DNA of 47,662 nucleotides from Candidatus Limnocylindria bacterium (lineage in GTDB: Bacteria; Desulfobacterota; Deferrimicrobia; Deferrimicrobiales; Deferrimicrobiaceae), in assembly GCA_035464915.1 (NCBI GenBank), contig DATHRT010000109.1, positions 1 through 47,662 of the forward strand, written 5' to 3'. A program made the position numbers and the translations under genes. Every line of letters starts with the position of its first letter. Position 1 is the stretch's first letter. Shown here in pieces: positions 1 through 10,025 of this stretch. The notes beneath the pieces are model-generated. The model did not search any database. It had not been told where the DNA came from and was given only the letters and a program-made list of their open reading frames with translations.

Positions 1-222
1 CGGCAGATAGTTGGAATCCGGGGAACGCAGAAACCCGTAGCCATCGGGGAGAACTTCGAGAACGCCCTCTCCGGAGACAATGACCTCCTGGTCGGTCTGG
101 GCCTGCAGGATGGCGAAAATGAGTTCCTGTTTCTTGAGGCCGGCGGCGCCGTCGACATGGAGGCTTTTCGCTATTTCCGTGAGATCCCCGATACGCATTG
201 CTTTGAGCTCTTTCAGATTCAT
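1..222 (-). CDS. rho: Transcription termination factor Rho, N-terminal 74 codons only (gene continues beyond the left edge)
   Basis: Reverse translation from ATG at 222 gives MNLKELKAMRIGDLTEIAKSLHVDGAAGLKKQELIFAILQAQTDQEVIVSGEGVLEVLPDGYGFLRSPDSNYLP. This is the canonical Rho N-terminal helix bundle plus the start of the RNA-binding domain. Not listed in the ORF track. Confidence 0.9.
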   Translation of the reverse strand, partial: MNLKELKAMRIGDLTEIAKSLHVDGAAGLKKQELIFAILQAQTDQEVIVSGEGVLEVLPDGYGFLRSPDSNYLP

Positions 223-383
223 GCACGTTCCCCCGAAATTGTAGGCTGGTCGGATTTCCTGATGTGTTCGTATCTATTGACGGGTAGAAGGACTCCGGCA
301 GGTTCTCCGGCTAATCGTATAATTCATTCTCCGCCGTGCGGTTTCCCGATGTCAAGGAAAATCACCTGGCGGCCCTTACGTGT

Positions 384-1373
384 CTAATCCCGGTAGACGG
401 TGATGGCGTTCCCGCTCTTCCGCAACGATTCGTGGACCATCGCCTCGGTGTGGGGAATCAGCACCCGCTCCGTGTCGCCGTCCTTCGGATACTGGGTCAC
501 ACCGATCGCCACCATGAGGAGGACTTCCCCCTTGCCGGGCGGGGAGGCGTTCATCCAGTCGACTATCCTCTCCGCTAGTTCCGCCGCTTCCGTTTTCGTC
601 ATCCGGGGAAGCACGAGGTAGATCATTCCGCTGGAGCGGGCGGCGTAGTCTACCTCGCGGAGCATCCCCTTGATCCTTCCCGACATCTCGGCGAGGGCGG
701 CGTCCGCCGCCACGTGTCCGTAGATACCGTTCATCTCCCGGAGATTGCGTACCTTCAGGTAAAGCAGGCTTACCGGATAGCCGAATTTCTTTCCCCGGGA
801 CAGTTCCCGGTGCAGGACCTCGTGGAAATATTTGAAGGTGTGAAGGCCGGTGACCGAGTCCACGTCCGGAATACGTGACACCTTTCCGCGTATGGCACGC
901 AGGGCAAGAAAGAAGGTGGCGAGCTGCGCGTAGGCGAAAAACGATTCCTTCGTCTCGGTCGTGAGGAGGCCGGGATCGTCCGAATCCACGAGAAAGATGC
1001 CGACCGTCTCTCCCTGGAGCCGGCAAGGGGTGGCATAGAGGCTCCGGTACGCGTGTTCGAGACGGAAGGATTGGTCCCTGGCGCGTTCATCGTCACCGCT
1101 GACGGATACGGTATCTTTCCGGGCCGCCACGAGGACCGGAAAGTCCTTCTTCACGTACATCTTCTTGATGAAATTCCTTGAGAGACCGCGATAGGCGAAG
1201 ACGGACAGTTCCTCCCCTTTGGGATCCACTGCGATCGTCACGGCGGAGCGAAGGGGATAGTTGTCCATGAGGAGGCTCATCATATAGTTCAGGATCTCCT
1301 CCTCGGAATACTTCCTCTCCATCCGGGAGAAAATCTCGTTCTCGATGCGATTTCGGATGTTCTCTCGGTCCAT
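384..1373 (-). CDS. GAF-like N-terminal region plus degenerate GGDEF-domain protein (probably not a cyclase)
   Basis: C-terminal 329 codons of track ORF 384..2462, with ATG at 1373 chosen. The upstream part of that ORF is Arg/Gly/Pro-rich shadow overlapping pgeF. GGDEF-fold pattern DSVTGLHTFKYF..GHVAADAAL..REVDYAARSSGMIYLVLP, where GG(D/E)EF is replaced by SGMIY. Confidence 0.75.
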   Translation of the reverse strand: MDRENIRNRIENEIFSRMERKYSEEEILNYMMSLLMDNYPLRSAVTIAVDPKGEELSVFAYRGLSRNFIKKMYVKKDFPVLVAARKDTVSVSGDDERARDQSFRLEHAYRSLYATPCRLQGETVGIFLVDSDDPGLLTTETKESFFAYAQLATFFLALRAIRGKVSRIPDVDSVTGLHTFKYFHEVLHRELSRGKKFGYPVSLLYLKVRNLREMNGIYGHVAADAALAEMSGRIKGMLREVDYAARSSGMIYLVLPRMTKTEAAELAERIVDWMNASPPGKGEVLLMVAIGVTQYPKDGDTERVLIPHTEAMVHESLRKSGNAITVYRD

Positions 1374-1399
1374 TCGGTATCCTGTGCTTTCGGGGAGCT

Positions 1400-2137
1400 C
1401 TATTGCGGGTATGCGCCCGTAATATAGATAAAACTTAGCTGTCGGTTGGTCAAGGATTTTTCGCGGCGATAGGAGTGGAACGAGCGGGAGCAGACCGTGC
1501 AGGGGCCCACTGCCTCGAGGTTTTCTCTGGGCACCCCGACGGCGGCAAGGCTTTCCAGGGCAAGAGACGCAAGATCCGCCATCCATTTTCCCGCCGATTT
1601 CCCCCGGAAAAGAAACCGACCTCCCCCGGGAAGCTGCCGGAGAAGGTCCGCCACCTCCCCCCCGATTTCGTAGCAGCATCCTCGGGCCGAAGGCCCCGCC
1701 GCTGCGACAAGCCTCCCGGAAGCGGCGATCCCGAAGCGCCCGCTCATCCGGCGAACGGTCTCTCCGACGATCCCGGCGGCAAGGCCCCTCCAGCCGGCAT
1801 GGACCGCGGCGCAGGCCCGCACCTCCGGGACGACGATCAGGATCGGAACGCAGTCGGCGGTGCGTACACCGACCCCCGTCCCCCGCACTGCGGTGAATAA
1901 GGCGTCTCCCTTCCGCTTCCCTTCCGCTCCCGGGAACGCGTCCCCTTCCGCCCACTCCAGGACGGTCGCGGAGTGGTCCTGTCGCAGCGTTCCGACCCGG
2001 GACGGGGGTATGGCGAACACGCTTTGCAGCCTGCCCGCATCCCCTCGTTCCGGCAGAGGGTCGACTCCCAAAAACGCGTGGTAGAACCCGGGCACGGACC
2101 TGAGCAGAGGAGACTGGACGAAGCGGGGGATGATCAC
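1400..2137 (-). CDS. pgeF: Peptidoglycan editing factor PgeF / YfiH (DUF152, laccase-domain) family protein
   Basis: Track ORF 1400..2383 trimmed to the in-frame GTG at 2137, giving 245 aa (family-typical length). Motifs ADCVPIL, AAVHAGWRG and CTVCS..FHSYRRE. The start is uncertain. Confidence 0.8.
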   Translation of the reverse strand: MIIPRFVQSPLLRSVPGFYHAFLGVDPLPERGDAGRLQSVFAIPPSRVGTLRQDHSATVLEWAEGDAFPGAEGKRKGDALFTAVRGTGVGVRTADCVPILIVVPEVRACAAVHAGWRGLAAGIVGETVRRMSGRFGIAASGRLVAAAGPSARGCCYEIGGEVADLLRQLPGGGRFLFRGKSAGKWMADLASLALESLAAVGVPRENLEAVGPCTVCSRSFHSYRREKSLTNRQLSFIYITGAYPQ

Positions 2138-2309
2138 GGTTGCCCCCCCCCGCGAACGGATTTTCCGTGCGAGAGCACCACCGGAACCGGAAGCGGAACC
2201 CCGAAGCGGAAGGGGCGCCCCCCGGCGGAGCGGACAAAGGAGGGGGTCCCCCGGATGGGAATACGGTTTGCCCTCCAGACGGCGCTCCCCGTTTCGCGGT
2301 CGCCAGAAA

Positions 2310-2413
2310 GCGCAGCGAGCCGAAGGAGCGGGGGCGCAGTGAGGTAAAGCGCAGCCGTGCAGGTCGACCGCACGGCGAGCCACGAACGGAATCCCCCTCC
2401 GAGGCTGCGGAGC
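2310..2413 (+). repeat. Copy A (diverged) of a 105-nt GC-rich intergenic repeat
   Basis: Hand alignment to 29802..29906. The central block GGGGCGCAGTGAGGTAAAGCGCAGCCGTGC-loop-GCACGGCGAGCCACGAACGGA is conserved, with hairpin GCCGTGC/GCACGGC at 2354..2376. Lies in the 440-nt rluD-pgeF gap. Confidence 0.8.
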
Positions 2414-2577
2414 GAGACCTGAGCCCGTTTCCGGAGAGCGCCCTCACGACGGGGCGCACCACCGTTGCGAACGGCGCATGGGATCCCCCGAACGGAATCT
2501 AAATAGGCGAAGCCGTCGCAAGCGAACCGTACAAGGCGAGGGCGAAGAGTTCTTAGGAACGTCCCTGTTCTTGGCAT

Positions 2578-3600
2578 CTAGCGTACCGCGGAGAGGACCG
2601 CTGCCCGGAACTCCCCGAATTCCGGCGGGTCCGGCACCGTGAACTCCATTTGTCGTCCCGTGAGAGGGTGCACAAATCCCAGACGGAAAGCATGCAGCAG
2701 AAAGCGGGAAACCGTCACGGTTCCCGCTGCCTTGCCTCTGCCAAAAGCAACCTCCCGCGGTCTCCCGTACACGTCGTCCCCCACAATCGGACAGGAAAGG
2801 TGGGCGCAGTGGAGCCGCACCTGGTGTGTTCGGCCCGTCTCCAGATCGAACTCGAGGAGGGAGAATCCCCCGAATGACTCGAGAAAGCGGTACCGGGTGA
2901 CCGCGATCCTCCTGCCGCGTATGCCCCCAGGCGAAACGATTCCGGGCTTCACTGCGGTTCCGGAACGGGTGACCCGCGGAAGCACGACGGGGAAAACCGC
3001 CATCTTCCTCCGGTGAACGGGGTGCCTCCCCACCCGCGTCCGGATCTCCCCCTCGTCCTGCGGGGGTCTTCCCCAGACGATTCCCCGGTATCGACGGACC
3101 ATCTTGTGAGCGGCCAGCTGCGAGGAGAGGCCCGAATGAGAGGCATCATGTTTCGCGACCACGATGATCCCGGAGGTGTCCCTGTCGAGCCGGTGGACAA
3201 TCCCCGGCCGATCGACCCCGCCGATCCCCGAGAGGCTGCCGGCGCGGGACAGAAGGGCATGGACAAGCGTTCCGGCACTATGCCCGGGGGCCGGGTGCAC
3301 CACCATCCCCGCCGGCTTTTCAACTACCATAAGATGATCGTCCTCGAACAGCACGGTGACAGGGCGGTTTTCTGGGACGAGATCAAGAGGGCGGGGCGAA
3401 GGAATGGAGACCGTGATCCTTTCGTTTCCTTTGAGCTTTACCGACGGCCTTGTCTCCGCACCCCGCAGGGTCACCAGACCCTCGCTGATCAACTGCTGGA
3501 TCCGGGACCGGGACAGGGAAGGCAGGGCACCGGAAAGATAACGGTCCAGCCGCTCCCCCGCATTTTCCGGGGGAACCGTGAGACGGTGGGTAACCGCCAC
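2578..3600 (-). CDS. rluD: 23S rRNA pseudouridine synthase, RluD/RluA family
   Basis: Track ORF, 340 aa, GTG start. S4-like N-terminus (GERLDRYLS..), catalytic HRLDRDTSG motif and GRTHQVR motif. Confidence 0.9.
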   Translation of the reverse strand: MAVTHRLTVPPENAGERLDRYLSGALPSLSRSRIQQLISEGLVTLRGAETRPSVKLKGNERITVSIPSPRPLDLVPENRPVTVLFEDDHLMVVEKPAGMVVHPAPGHSAGTLVHALLSRAGSLSGIGGVDRPGIVHRLDRDTSGIIVVAKHDASHSGLSSQLAAHKMVRRYRGIVWGRPPQDEGEIRTRVGRHPVHRRKMAVFPVVLPRVTRSGTAVKPGIVSPGGIRGRRIAVTRYRFLESFGGFSLLEFDLETGRTHQVRLHCAHLSCPIVGDDVYGRPREVAFGRGKAAGTVTVSRFLLHAFRLGFVHPLTGRQMEFTVPDPPEFGEFRAAVLSAVR

Positions 3601-3610
3601 GGACCGTAAG

Positions 3611-3877
3611 CTACCAGGCCTTGGAGGGTACGTGGCCCCAGGGCTTCACCAGGAGATCGACCAAGGCCAGATTGAAGAAATTGGTGCTCTTGATGACTTC
3701 GGGGTCGACGCGGCTCAGATAATAGTTCCTCCCTTCCTCGATCTCGCTTTTCAGAAGGTCGAACAGGTTGTCCTTCGCGATCCCCTCCTCCACCTTCTTC
3801 GCGTTATACAGGGCAATGTCCGATACGACCGCCCGGGCAACGCGCCGTGCCACGTCCGGATCCTTCACGACCCCCAT
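3611..3877 (-). CDS. Small hypothetical protein (88 aa), helical and charged
   Basis: Track ORF with ATG preceded by AAGGAGG at 6-nt spacing. GC3-rich codon usage like its neighbours. Wedged between htrA and rluD with 34-nt and 10-nt gaps. No family I can name with certainty. Confidence 0.6.
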   Translation of the reverse strand: MGVVKDPDVARRVARAVVSDIALYNAKKVEEGIAKDNLFDLLKSEIEEGRNYYLSRVDPEVIKSTNFFNLALVDLLVKPWGHVPSKAW

Positions 3878-3911
3878 CTCATCCTCCTTGCTCTCTGTTC
3901 GTTTCTCCTGA

Positions 3912-5312
3912 CTACCTGCTGCGGAACGCCAGGTACATCTGTCCTCCGTCCCGGTCGACCAGGACGGACACCATCTGCCCGCGCGGCAATTTCGCCAGCA
4001 TCCTCCGGTAGGACTCCAGCCCTCCTACCGGCTCCCTGTTGATCCGGAGGAGAATATCCCCCTCGCGTATTCCTCCCGTGCCGGCCGACCCCGACGGGTC
4101 CACGCGCTGGACCTCCACCCCTCCCTCGACCCCCAGGACGCGCTCCGCCCCTTTCGGAAGAGCCTTCACATAGAGCCCCCAGGCGTCCCAGGGGGTTTCC
4201 CGGGGCACCGAATGCGGCGCCGGACTTTCCAGCTCGGCCAGCTTTACGGTAACCCCCATCCGTTTCCCGCCGCGAAGGATCTCCATGACCACATCGCTGC
4301 CCGGGGCAACGCCTGCCACCATCTTCTGGAACTCCTTGACCCCGGTGACTCGTGTCCCTCCGAACGAGATCGCAATGTCTCCCCCGCGAAGACCCCCTGC
4401 GGCCGCGGGACTTTCGGGGACCACACGATTGACCAACACCCCCTTTTCGCCCTTGACGCCGAACGACTCCGCCAGTTCGGGAGTCAGGAGCTGTATGCCG
4501 ACTCCGAGCCATCCGCGTCGTATCGTCCCGGTACTCGCCAGCTCCCGCTCGATCTCGAGGACGGTGTTGATGGGGATCGCAAACCCGATCCCCTGTCCCC
4601 CGCTCACCATCGCGGTGTTGATGCCCACCACCTCCCCCCGCGTGTTCAACAGCGGCCCTCCGGAGTTGCCGGGATTGATGGATGCGTCGGTCTGGATCAG
4701 GTCTCCCGTCGGGTCGATCCCCAGATCCATACGTCCGGTGGCGCTGATCACTCCCAGGGTTACGGTGCTCTCGAGTCCGAACGGGTTCCCCACGGCGATC
4801 GCCCACTCCCCGACCTTTATCCGCGTGGAATCCCCGAGGACGGCAACGGGGAGCTTTCGTGACGGTTTGATCCTCAGAAGGGCAATGTCGGTGCGCGGAT
4901 CCGCCCCGACGATTTTTGCCCGGTACTCGGTACGGTCGGAAAGCCGGACGACGATCTCATCGGCGTCCCGGATGACGTGCTCGTTCGTGACGATGAGCCC
5001 GTCCTCGCCCACGATGACGCCTGAACCGAGGGAGTCCTCCGGGAAACCGCCGTTTTCCTCCAGCAGCTCCGCGAGGTAATCCTGCATCTTCTTGCCGCCC
5101 TCGGAGGTGCCCGCGGAGACCCCCCGGGGAAAGCGGGTGACCGTCCGGATGTTCACAACCGCGGGAACCGCCCGCTCCACGGCGGTTACAAATCCCTGCT
5201 GCAATCTGGCGACATCTTTCGTTCCCGGGGACGACTTGCCCTCGTCCCCGGAACACGCCGCCAGGAGAAGAACCAGGACTGTCACGATCGCCGCCGCGCG
5301 CGCCGCCTTCAT
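3912..5312 (-). CDS. htrA: HtrA/DegP/DegQ-family periplasmic serine endoprotease with two PDZ regions, probable lipoprotein
   Basis: Track ORF 3912..5741 trimmed to ATG 5312 (MKAARAAAIVTVLVLLLAAC, lipobox-like LAAC). Catalytic triad contexts TNEHV, DIALL and GNSGGPL, followed by two PDZ-like segments. Confidence 0.9.
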   Translation of the reverse strand: MKAARAAAIVTVLVLLLAACSGDEGKSSPGTKDVARLQQGFVTAVERAVPAVVNIRTVTRFPRGVSAGTSEGGKKMQDYLAELLEENGGFPEDSLGSGVIVGEDGLIVTNEHVIRDADEIVVRLSDRTEYRAKIVGADPRTDIALLRIKPSRKLPVAVLGDSTRIKVGEWAIAVGNPFGLESTVTLGVISATGRMDLGIDPTGDLIQTDASINPGNSGGPLLNTRGEVVGINTAMVSGGQGIGFAIPINTVLEIERELASTGTIRRGWLGVGIQLLTPELAESFGVKGEKGVLVNRVVPESPAAAGGLRGGDIAISFGGTRVTGVKEFQKMVAGVAPGSDVVMEILRGGKRMGVTVKLAELESPAPHSVPRETPWDAWGLYVKALPKGAERVLGVEGGVEVQRVDPSGSAGTGGIREGDILLRINREPVGGLESYRRMLAKLPRGQMVSVLVDRDGGQMYLAFRSR

Positions 5313-6289
5313 GCCGTGGACCCCCCGGCGGCCGCAGGGTTCTGCCCCGCGCAGGCCTCCACCCTCCTCACGGGAAGCTTCGCCTCCCGGGCATACTGGA
5401 CATCCTTCTCGATCTGACGCACCAGCTCCTGGACGCTCTTGAATTTTCTCTCGTCCCGGATCCGGTCCCGGAAATACACGGCTATTGTCTCTCCATAGAT
5501 ATCCCGGTGGAAGTCCATCACGTGGACCTCGAGCCCCAGGGAATTTTCGCCGAACGTCGGATTGAACCCCACACTGGCAACCGATCGGTGCCGGATACCC
5601 CCGACCTCCGCCTCCACAACATAAACACCGGGGAGAGGTACCAGCTCCTGGGAAAACCGTACATTCGCGGTCGGGAATCCCATATCCTTCCCCCGCCCCG
5701 CCCCCGTCACCACCGGCCCCGACATCCGGTAGGGGCGGCACAGAAGCTCTTCCGCTTCCCGAACCCTACCGGCCAGCAGAAGGTCCCGAATGCGGGTCGA
5801 GCTGACGATCAGGCCGCCCCGGAGGAGGGGAGGGACCACGTCCACCTCGAATCCGAGCTCCTGCCCGACCTCGACGAGCATCGCGGGGGATCCGGTCCGG
5901 TTCCTCCCGAAAGTGAAGTCATAGCCGACCGTCACCCAGCGGGCCCGGAGTCTTAGCGCAAGAATCTGACGGGCGAATTCGTCCGGCCACATCCCCCCGA
6001 TGGCGCTGTCGAAGGACTCGATCACGAGCACGTCGATGCCCGCTTGGGCGATGAGATCGGCCTTCTCCTCCTCCCCCGTGATTTCGTAGAATCGGGCGCC
6101 CGGGGAAAAGAAGCGGACGGGGTGCGGGATGAACGTGAGGGCTACGGCGATCGTTCCCGCCTCGCGCCCGCGGGCAACGGTTCGCCGCAGCAGTTCGCGA
6201 TGCCCCAGGTGCACCCCGTCGAAGTTCCCCACCGTAAGGGAGACACCCGTTTCGGAGGTGAATTGGGAGGAACCGCGGATCACGATCAT
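5309..6289 (-). CDS. ribF: Bifunctional riboflavin kinase / FMN adenylyltransferase
   Basis: Track ORF, 326 aa. NFDGVHLGH nucleotidyltransferase motif, GFPTAN, and a riboflavin kinase C-terminal half. The stop overlaps the htrA start (ATGA). Confidence 0.9.
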   Translation of the reverse strand: MIVIRGSSQFTSETGVSLTVGNFDGVHLGHRELLRRTVARGREAGTIAVALTFIPHPVRFFSPGARFYEITGEEEKADLIAQAGIDVLVIESFDSAIGGMWPDEFARQILALRLRARWVTVGYDFTFGRNRTGSPAMLVEVGQELGFEVDVVPPLLRGGLIVSSTRIRDLLLAGRVREAEELLCRPYRMSGPVVTGAGRGKDMGFPTANVRFSQELVPLPGVYVVEAEVGGIRHRSVASVGFNPTFGENSLGLEVHVMDFHRDIYGETIAVYFRDRIRDERKFKSVQELVRQIEKDVQYAREAKLPVRRVEACAGQNPAAAGGSTA

Positions 6290-6342
6290 CCGTCAAGCTC
6301 CTTGCTCTTGGCCAACCTGCCCTCTCTTTCCGCTCCCGCCGG

Positions 6343-6405
6343 CAATAAAACCTCTTAATTATTATGATACTATACATAGATTCCACCGTTTTTCCCGATT
6401 TATCA
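6343..6405. promoter_or_regulatory. AT-rich island in the divergent ribF / lptF intergenic region, probable promoter zone
   Basis: CAATAAAACCTCTTAATTATTATGATACTATACATAGATTCC is strikingly AT-rich for this genome. It contains several -10-like hexamers on both strands (TATGAT and TAGATT on plus; TATAGT and CATAAT on minus). No clean -35/-10 pair could be fixed. Confidence 0.3.
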
Positions 6406-6502
6406 AGACGTGGTTCCCGAAGGCCGTACCCGGCACCTGCGTACAACCGGTCAACCAGGGAAGGAGCCGGTTGGCGGGGAGGAGGGGGCATAAGCCCAGG
6501 CG

Positions 6503-7639
6503 ATGAAAGTCATCCATCGGTACATCCTCTCCGAAATCTGGGGACCCTATCTCATCGCCCTTTTCACCTTTACGCTCGTGACATTGCTGCACCGTTTCTC
6601 CCGTCTCACCGATCTCGTGGTCGCCAAGGGCGTTCCCTCCCAGCTCGTGGGCAAGCTGCTGCTTTCCCTTCTTCCCCAGTTCCTCGCAATCACCCTCCCG
6701 GCCGCCCTCCTCCTTGCCGTCCTCCTGGCCCTCGGACGGCTCGGAGCCGACTCGGAAACGACCGCCCTGTGCACTGCAGGGGTGGGAATGCGCGGCCTGG
6801 TTCTCCCGGTTCTCTTGCTCAGCATGGCAACGTTTCTGGCGAGTCTCTTCATCGGATGGGCCGGAATTCCCTGGGGGAAGCGGAATCTCACGGAGTCGAT
6901 CGCCCGCATCGTCTCGGTCCGTGCCGGCGCGGGGGTCGAAGAACATGTCTTCCGGGATGTGGCCCCCGATGTCCTGCTGTTCCCCGACCGGGTATCGCCC
7001 GACGGCACCGGGATGACCGGGGTCATGCTCTCCCAGCGGGTGGAAGGACAAGACCCCCTGCTCGTCTTTGCAAAGGAGGGAAAGTTTCTGCCGGAAAGCA
7101 TCGACAGGACCGCCGGGCTTCTCCTCTCGGATGGTACCATCCACCACGACGACAGGAGGACGGGTGCGTACCGGATCGCCTCGTTCCGGGAGATGGAATT
7201 CTACCTCCCCAAGAGGAACGTCGATGCCGGCGGCGACCGGGCGAGTCCCAGGCACCTCACCCTGCCGGAGCTGGCACGAAAGATTTCCGAAACGGAGGGA
7301 ACAGGATCCTCGGCCAACTACCGGTACCACTTCCACAGACGTCTCTCGCTTGCGGTCTCCTGCCTGGCGTTCGGCCTCCTCGCGATACCGTTGGGGCATT
7401 CGCAGCGCGTCCGCGGGAAATCCCCCGCACTCGCCCTTACCCTTGCCGTCATCCTCTTCTATTACCTTTTCCTCGCCGCCGCGGGGACGCTCGAGTCGTC
7501 CTCCCCCGCACTCATGACGCTGCTTCTCTGGGTCCCCAATTCCGTGGGGCTCGCCGCGGCATGCTGGCTCATCTGGCGATCCGAGTCCCGCCTGGTTTCC
7601 CTCCCTGACCTGTTCGGACGCTTGGAAAGGAAGAAATGA
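6503..7639 (+). CDS. lptF: LPS export ABC transporter permease LptF (YjgP/YjgQ family)
   Basis: Track ORF, 378 aa. Family-typical N-terminus MKVIHRYILSEIWGPYL, multiple TM segments and a central periplasmic domain. ATGA overlap with the next gene. Confidence 0.85.
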   Translation: MKVIHRYILSEIWGPYLIALFTFTLVTLLHRFSRLTDLVVAKGVPSQLVGKLLLSLLPQFLAITLPAALLLAVLLALGRLGADSETTALCTAGVGMRGLVLPVLLLSMATFLASLFIGWAGIPWGKRNLTESIARIVSVRAGAGVEEHVFRDVAPDVLLFPDRVSPDGTGMTGVMLSQRVEGQDPLLVFAKEGKFLPESIDRTAGLLLSDGTIHHDDRRTGAYRIASFREMEFYLPKRNVDAGGDRASPRHLTLPELARKISETEGTGSSANYRYHFHRRLSLAVSCLAFGLLAIPLGHSQRVRGKSPALALTLAVILFYYLFLAAAGTLESSSPALMTLLLWVPNSVGLAAACWLIWRSESRLVSLPDLFGRLERKK

Positions 7640-8712
7640 CGATCATCACCCGCTACCTTCTCCGGGAATTCTCCAAGATCGCCGTGGCGGCGACTGCGGG
7701 ATTCCTGCTCCTTTTCATCGTGATCGACTTCGTCGAACGGGCCGATGAATTCCTGAAATACCGGACCTCCGCGGGAGAGGTGTTCCTATACTACCTGTAC
7801 AGCGCGCCGAACATCTTCCTCCTGACGTCCCCCGTGGCGGTTCTCCTTGCCGTGCTGATCACCGTCTCCCTGCGGGCGAGAGCCAACGAGTTCACCGCCA
7901 TCTTCTCCGGCGGCATCAGCATCTGGAGGGCCTGCGCTCCCATTCTCGCAGGATGCGCGGTCTTTTCCGCCCTCTCCCTTGCGGGTTCGGAAACCCTCGT
8001 CCCCCGGACGACCCGCAAGGCAAGAGAAATTGTACAGTTCGCGGTGCGGAACGGGAAAGTCGCCGCCCAGTTCTCGCTGAATCGGTACTGGATTCGCGGT
8101 GAGAAAGGAATTCTTTCCGCCCAGGTGGTCTATCCCGACAAACAGGAATTGTCCGGGTTCCAGTACTTCGAGCTGGATGAGGAGTTCCGGCTCGTCCGGC
8201 GCATCGACGCCCGATCGGCAACGTACCGGAAGGAAGGGGTCTGGGTGCTGCGCCAGGGTACCGAACGGGATTTTCCCGGCAATCTCGAGGTCGCACACTT
8301 CGCCGAGATGGAGTTCGTTATTCCGGAATCCTTCCTCCCGTTCCTGGTGGGGGAAACTCCGCCGGAAGAGATGACCTATGCCCAGCTTTCCGGCTACATC
8401 CGCGACTCCGTCGCCCGCGGGTACGATGTGCGCCGATACGAGGTGGACCTGCACGCCAAGCTTTCCTACCCGCTGCTGAACATGGTCATCAGCCTGGTCG
8501 CCATCCCCTTCGCTCTCCGCTCCCCCCGGTCGGGAGGAGTGTGGAGAAGCATCGGAGCGGGTTTGTTCATCGGCTTCGTATGCTGGATCCTGCTTTCGTT
8601 CTCCCTTTCGCTGGGGAAGAAAGGACTTCTCCCACCGTTTCTGGCGGCCTGGCTCCCGGATCTGGCGATCGCCTCCGCAGGAGTGTACCTGTTCCGGGGG
8701 GCAAGACGGTAG
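7636..8712 (+). CDS. lptG: LPS export ABC transporter permease LptG (YjgP/YjgQ family)
   Basis: Track ORF, 358 aa, N-terminus MTIITRYLLREF. Paralogous to the preceding gene in the classic lptF-lptG pair. Confidence 0.85.
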   Translation: MTIITRYLLREFSKIAVAATAGFLLLFIVIDFVERADEFLKYRTSAGEVFLYYLYSAPNIFLLTSPVAVLLAVLITVSLRARANEFTAIFSGGISIWRACAPILAGCAVFSALSLAGSETLVPRTTRKAREIVQFAVRNGKVAAQFSLNRYWIRGEKGILSAQVVYPDKQELSGFQYFELDEEFRLVRRIDARSATYRKEGVWVLRQGTERDFPGNLEVAHFAEMEFVIPESFLPFLVGETPPEEMTYAQLSGYIRDSVARGYDVRRYEVDLHAKLSYPLLNMVISLVAIPFALRSPRSGGVWRSIGAGLFIGFVCWILLSFSLSLGKKGLLPPFLAAWLPDLAIASAGVYLFRGARR

Positions 8713-8723
8713 AGAGTGACCTT

Positions 8724-10025
<1,302 letters not shown>

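Noticed and set aside
223-383. Promoter or leader features and a 17-codon mini-ORF (MNYTISRRTCRSPSTRQ) upstream of rho
   Set aside because: TTGACA at 350..355 (minus strand) has no acceptable -10 at 16-19 nt spacing. The mini-ORF has its GGAG only 1 nt from the ATG. Rho leaders are expected to be long and unstructured, so nothing specific can be supported.
2310-2413. Open reading frames conserved across the three repeat copies, for example (V/M)ARRA(V/M)(D/N)(L/P)HGCALPHCAP starting at a shared GTG, and EG(G/D)SVRGSPC..PARL(R/C)FTSLRP
   Set aside because: Conservation is explained by near-identical nucleotide sequence. The frames end differently in each copy, and in copy A one runs by chance into pgeF. 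The copies sit in opposite orientations relative to host transcription, and substitutions cluster in the hairpin loop rather than at third codon positions. A micro-peptide cannot be excluded, but nothing supports one.
1374-2462. N-terminal 363 codons of track ORF 384..2462 (692 aa), which would fuse the GGDEF protein to a long extension
   Set aside because: The extension overlaps pgeF in another frame and crosses repeat copy A. It is Arg/Gly/Pro/Ser-rich junk. A clean ATG at 1373 gives a compact GAF-GGDEF protein.
3837-3852. Second sigma-54-like motif, TGGCAC-N6-TTGC, on the minus strand
   Set aside because: The GG-to-GC spacing is 11 nt instead of the strictly required 10, and it lies inside the 88-aa ORF.
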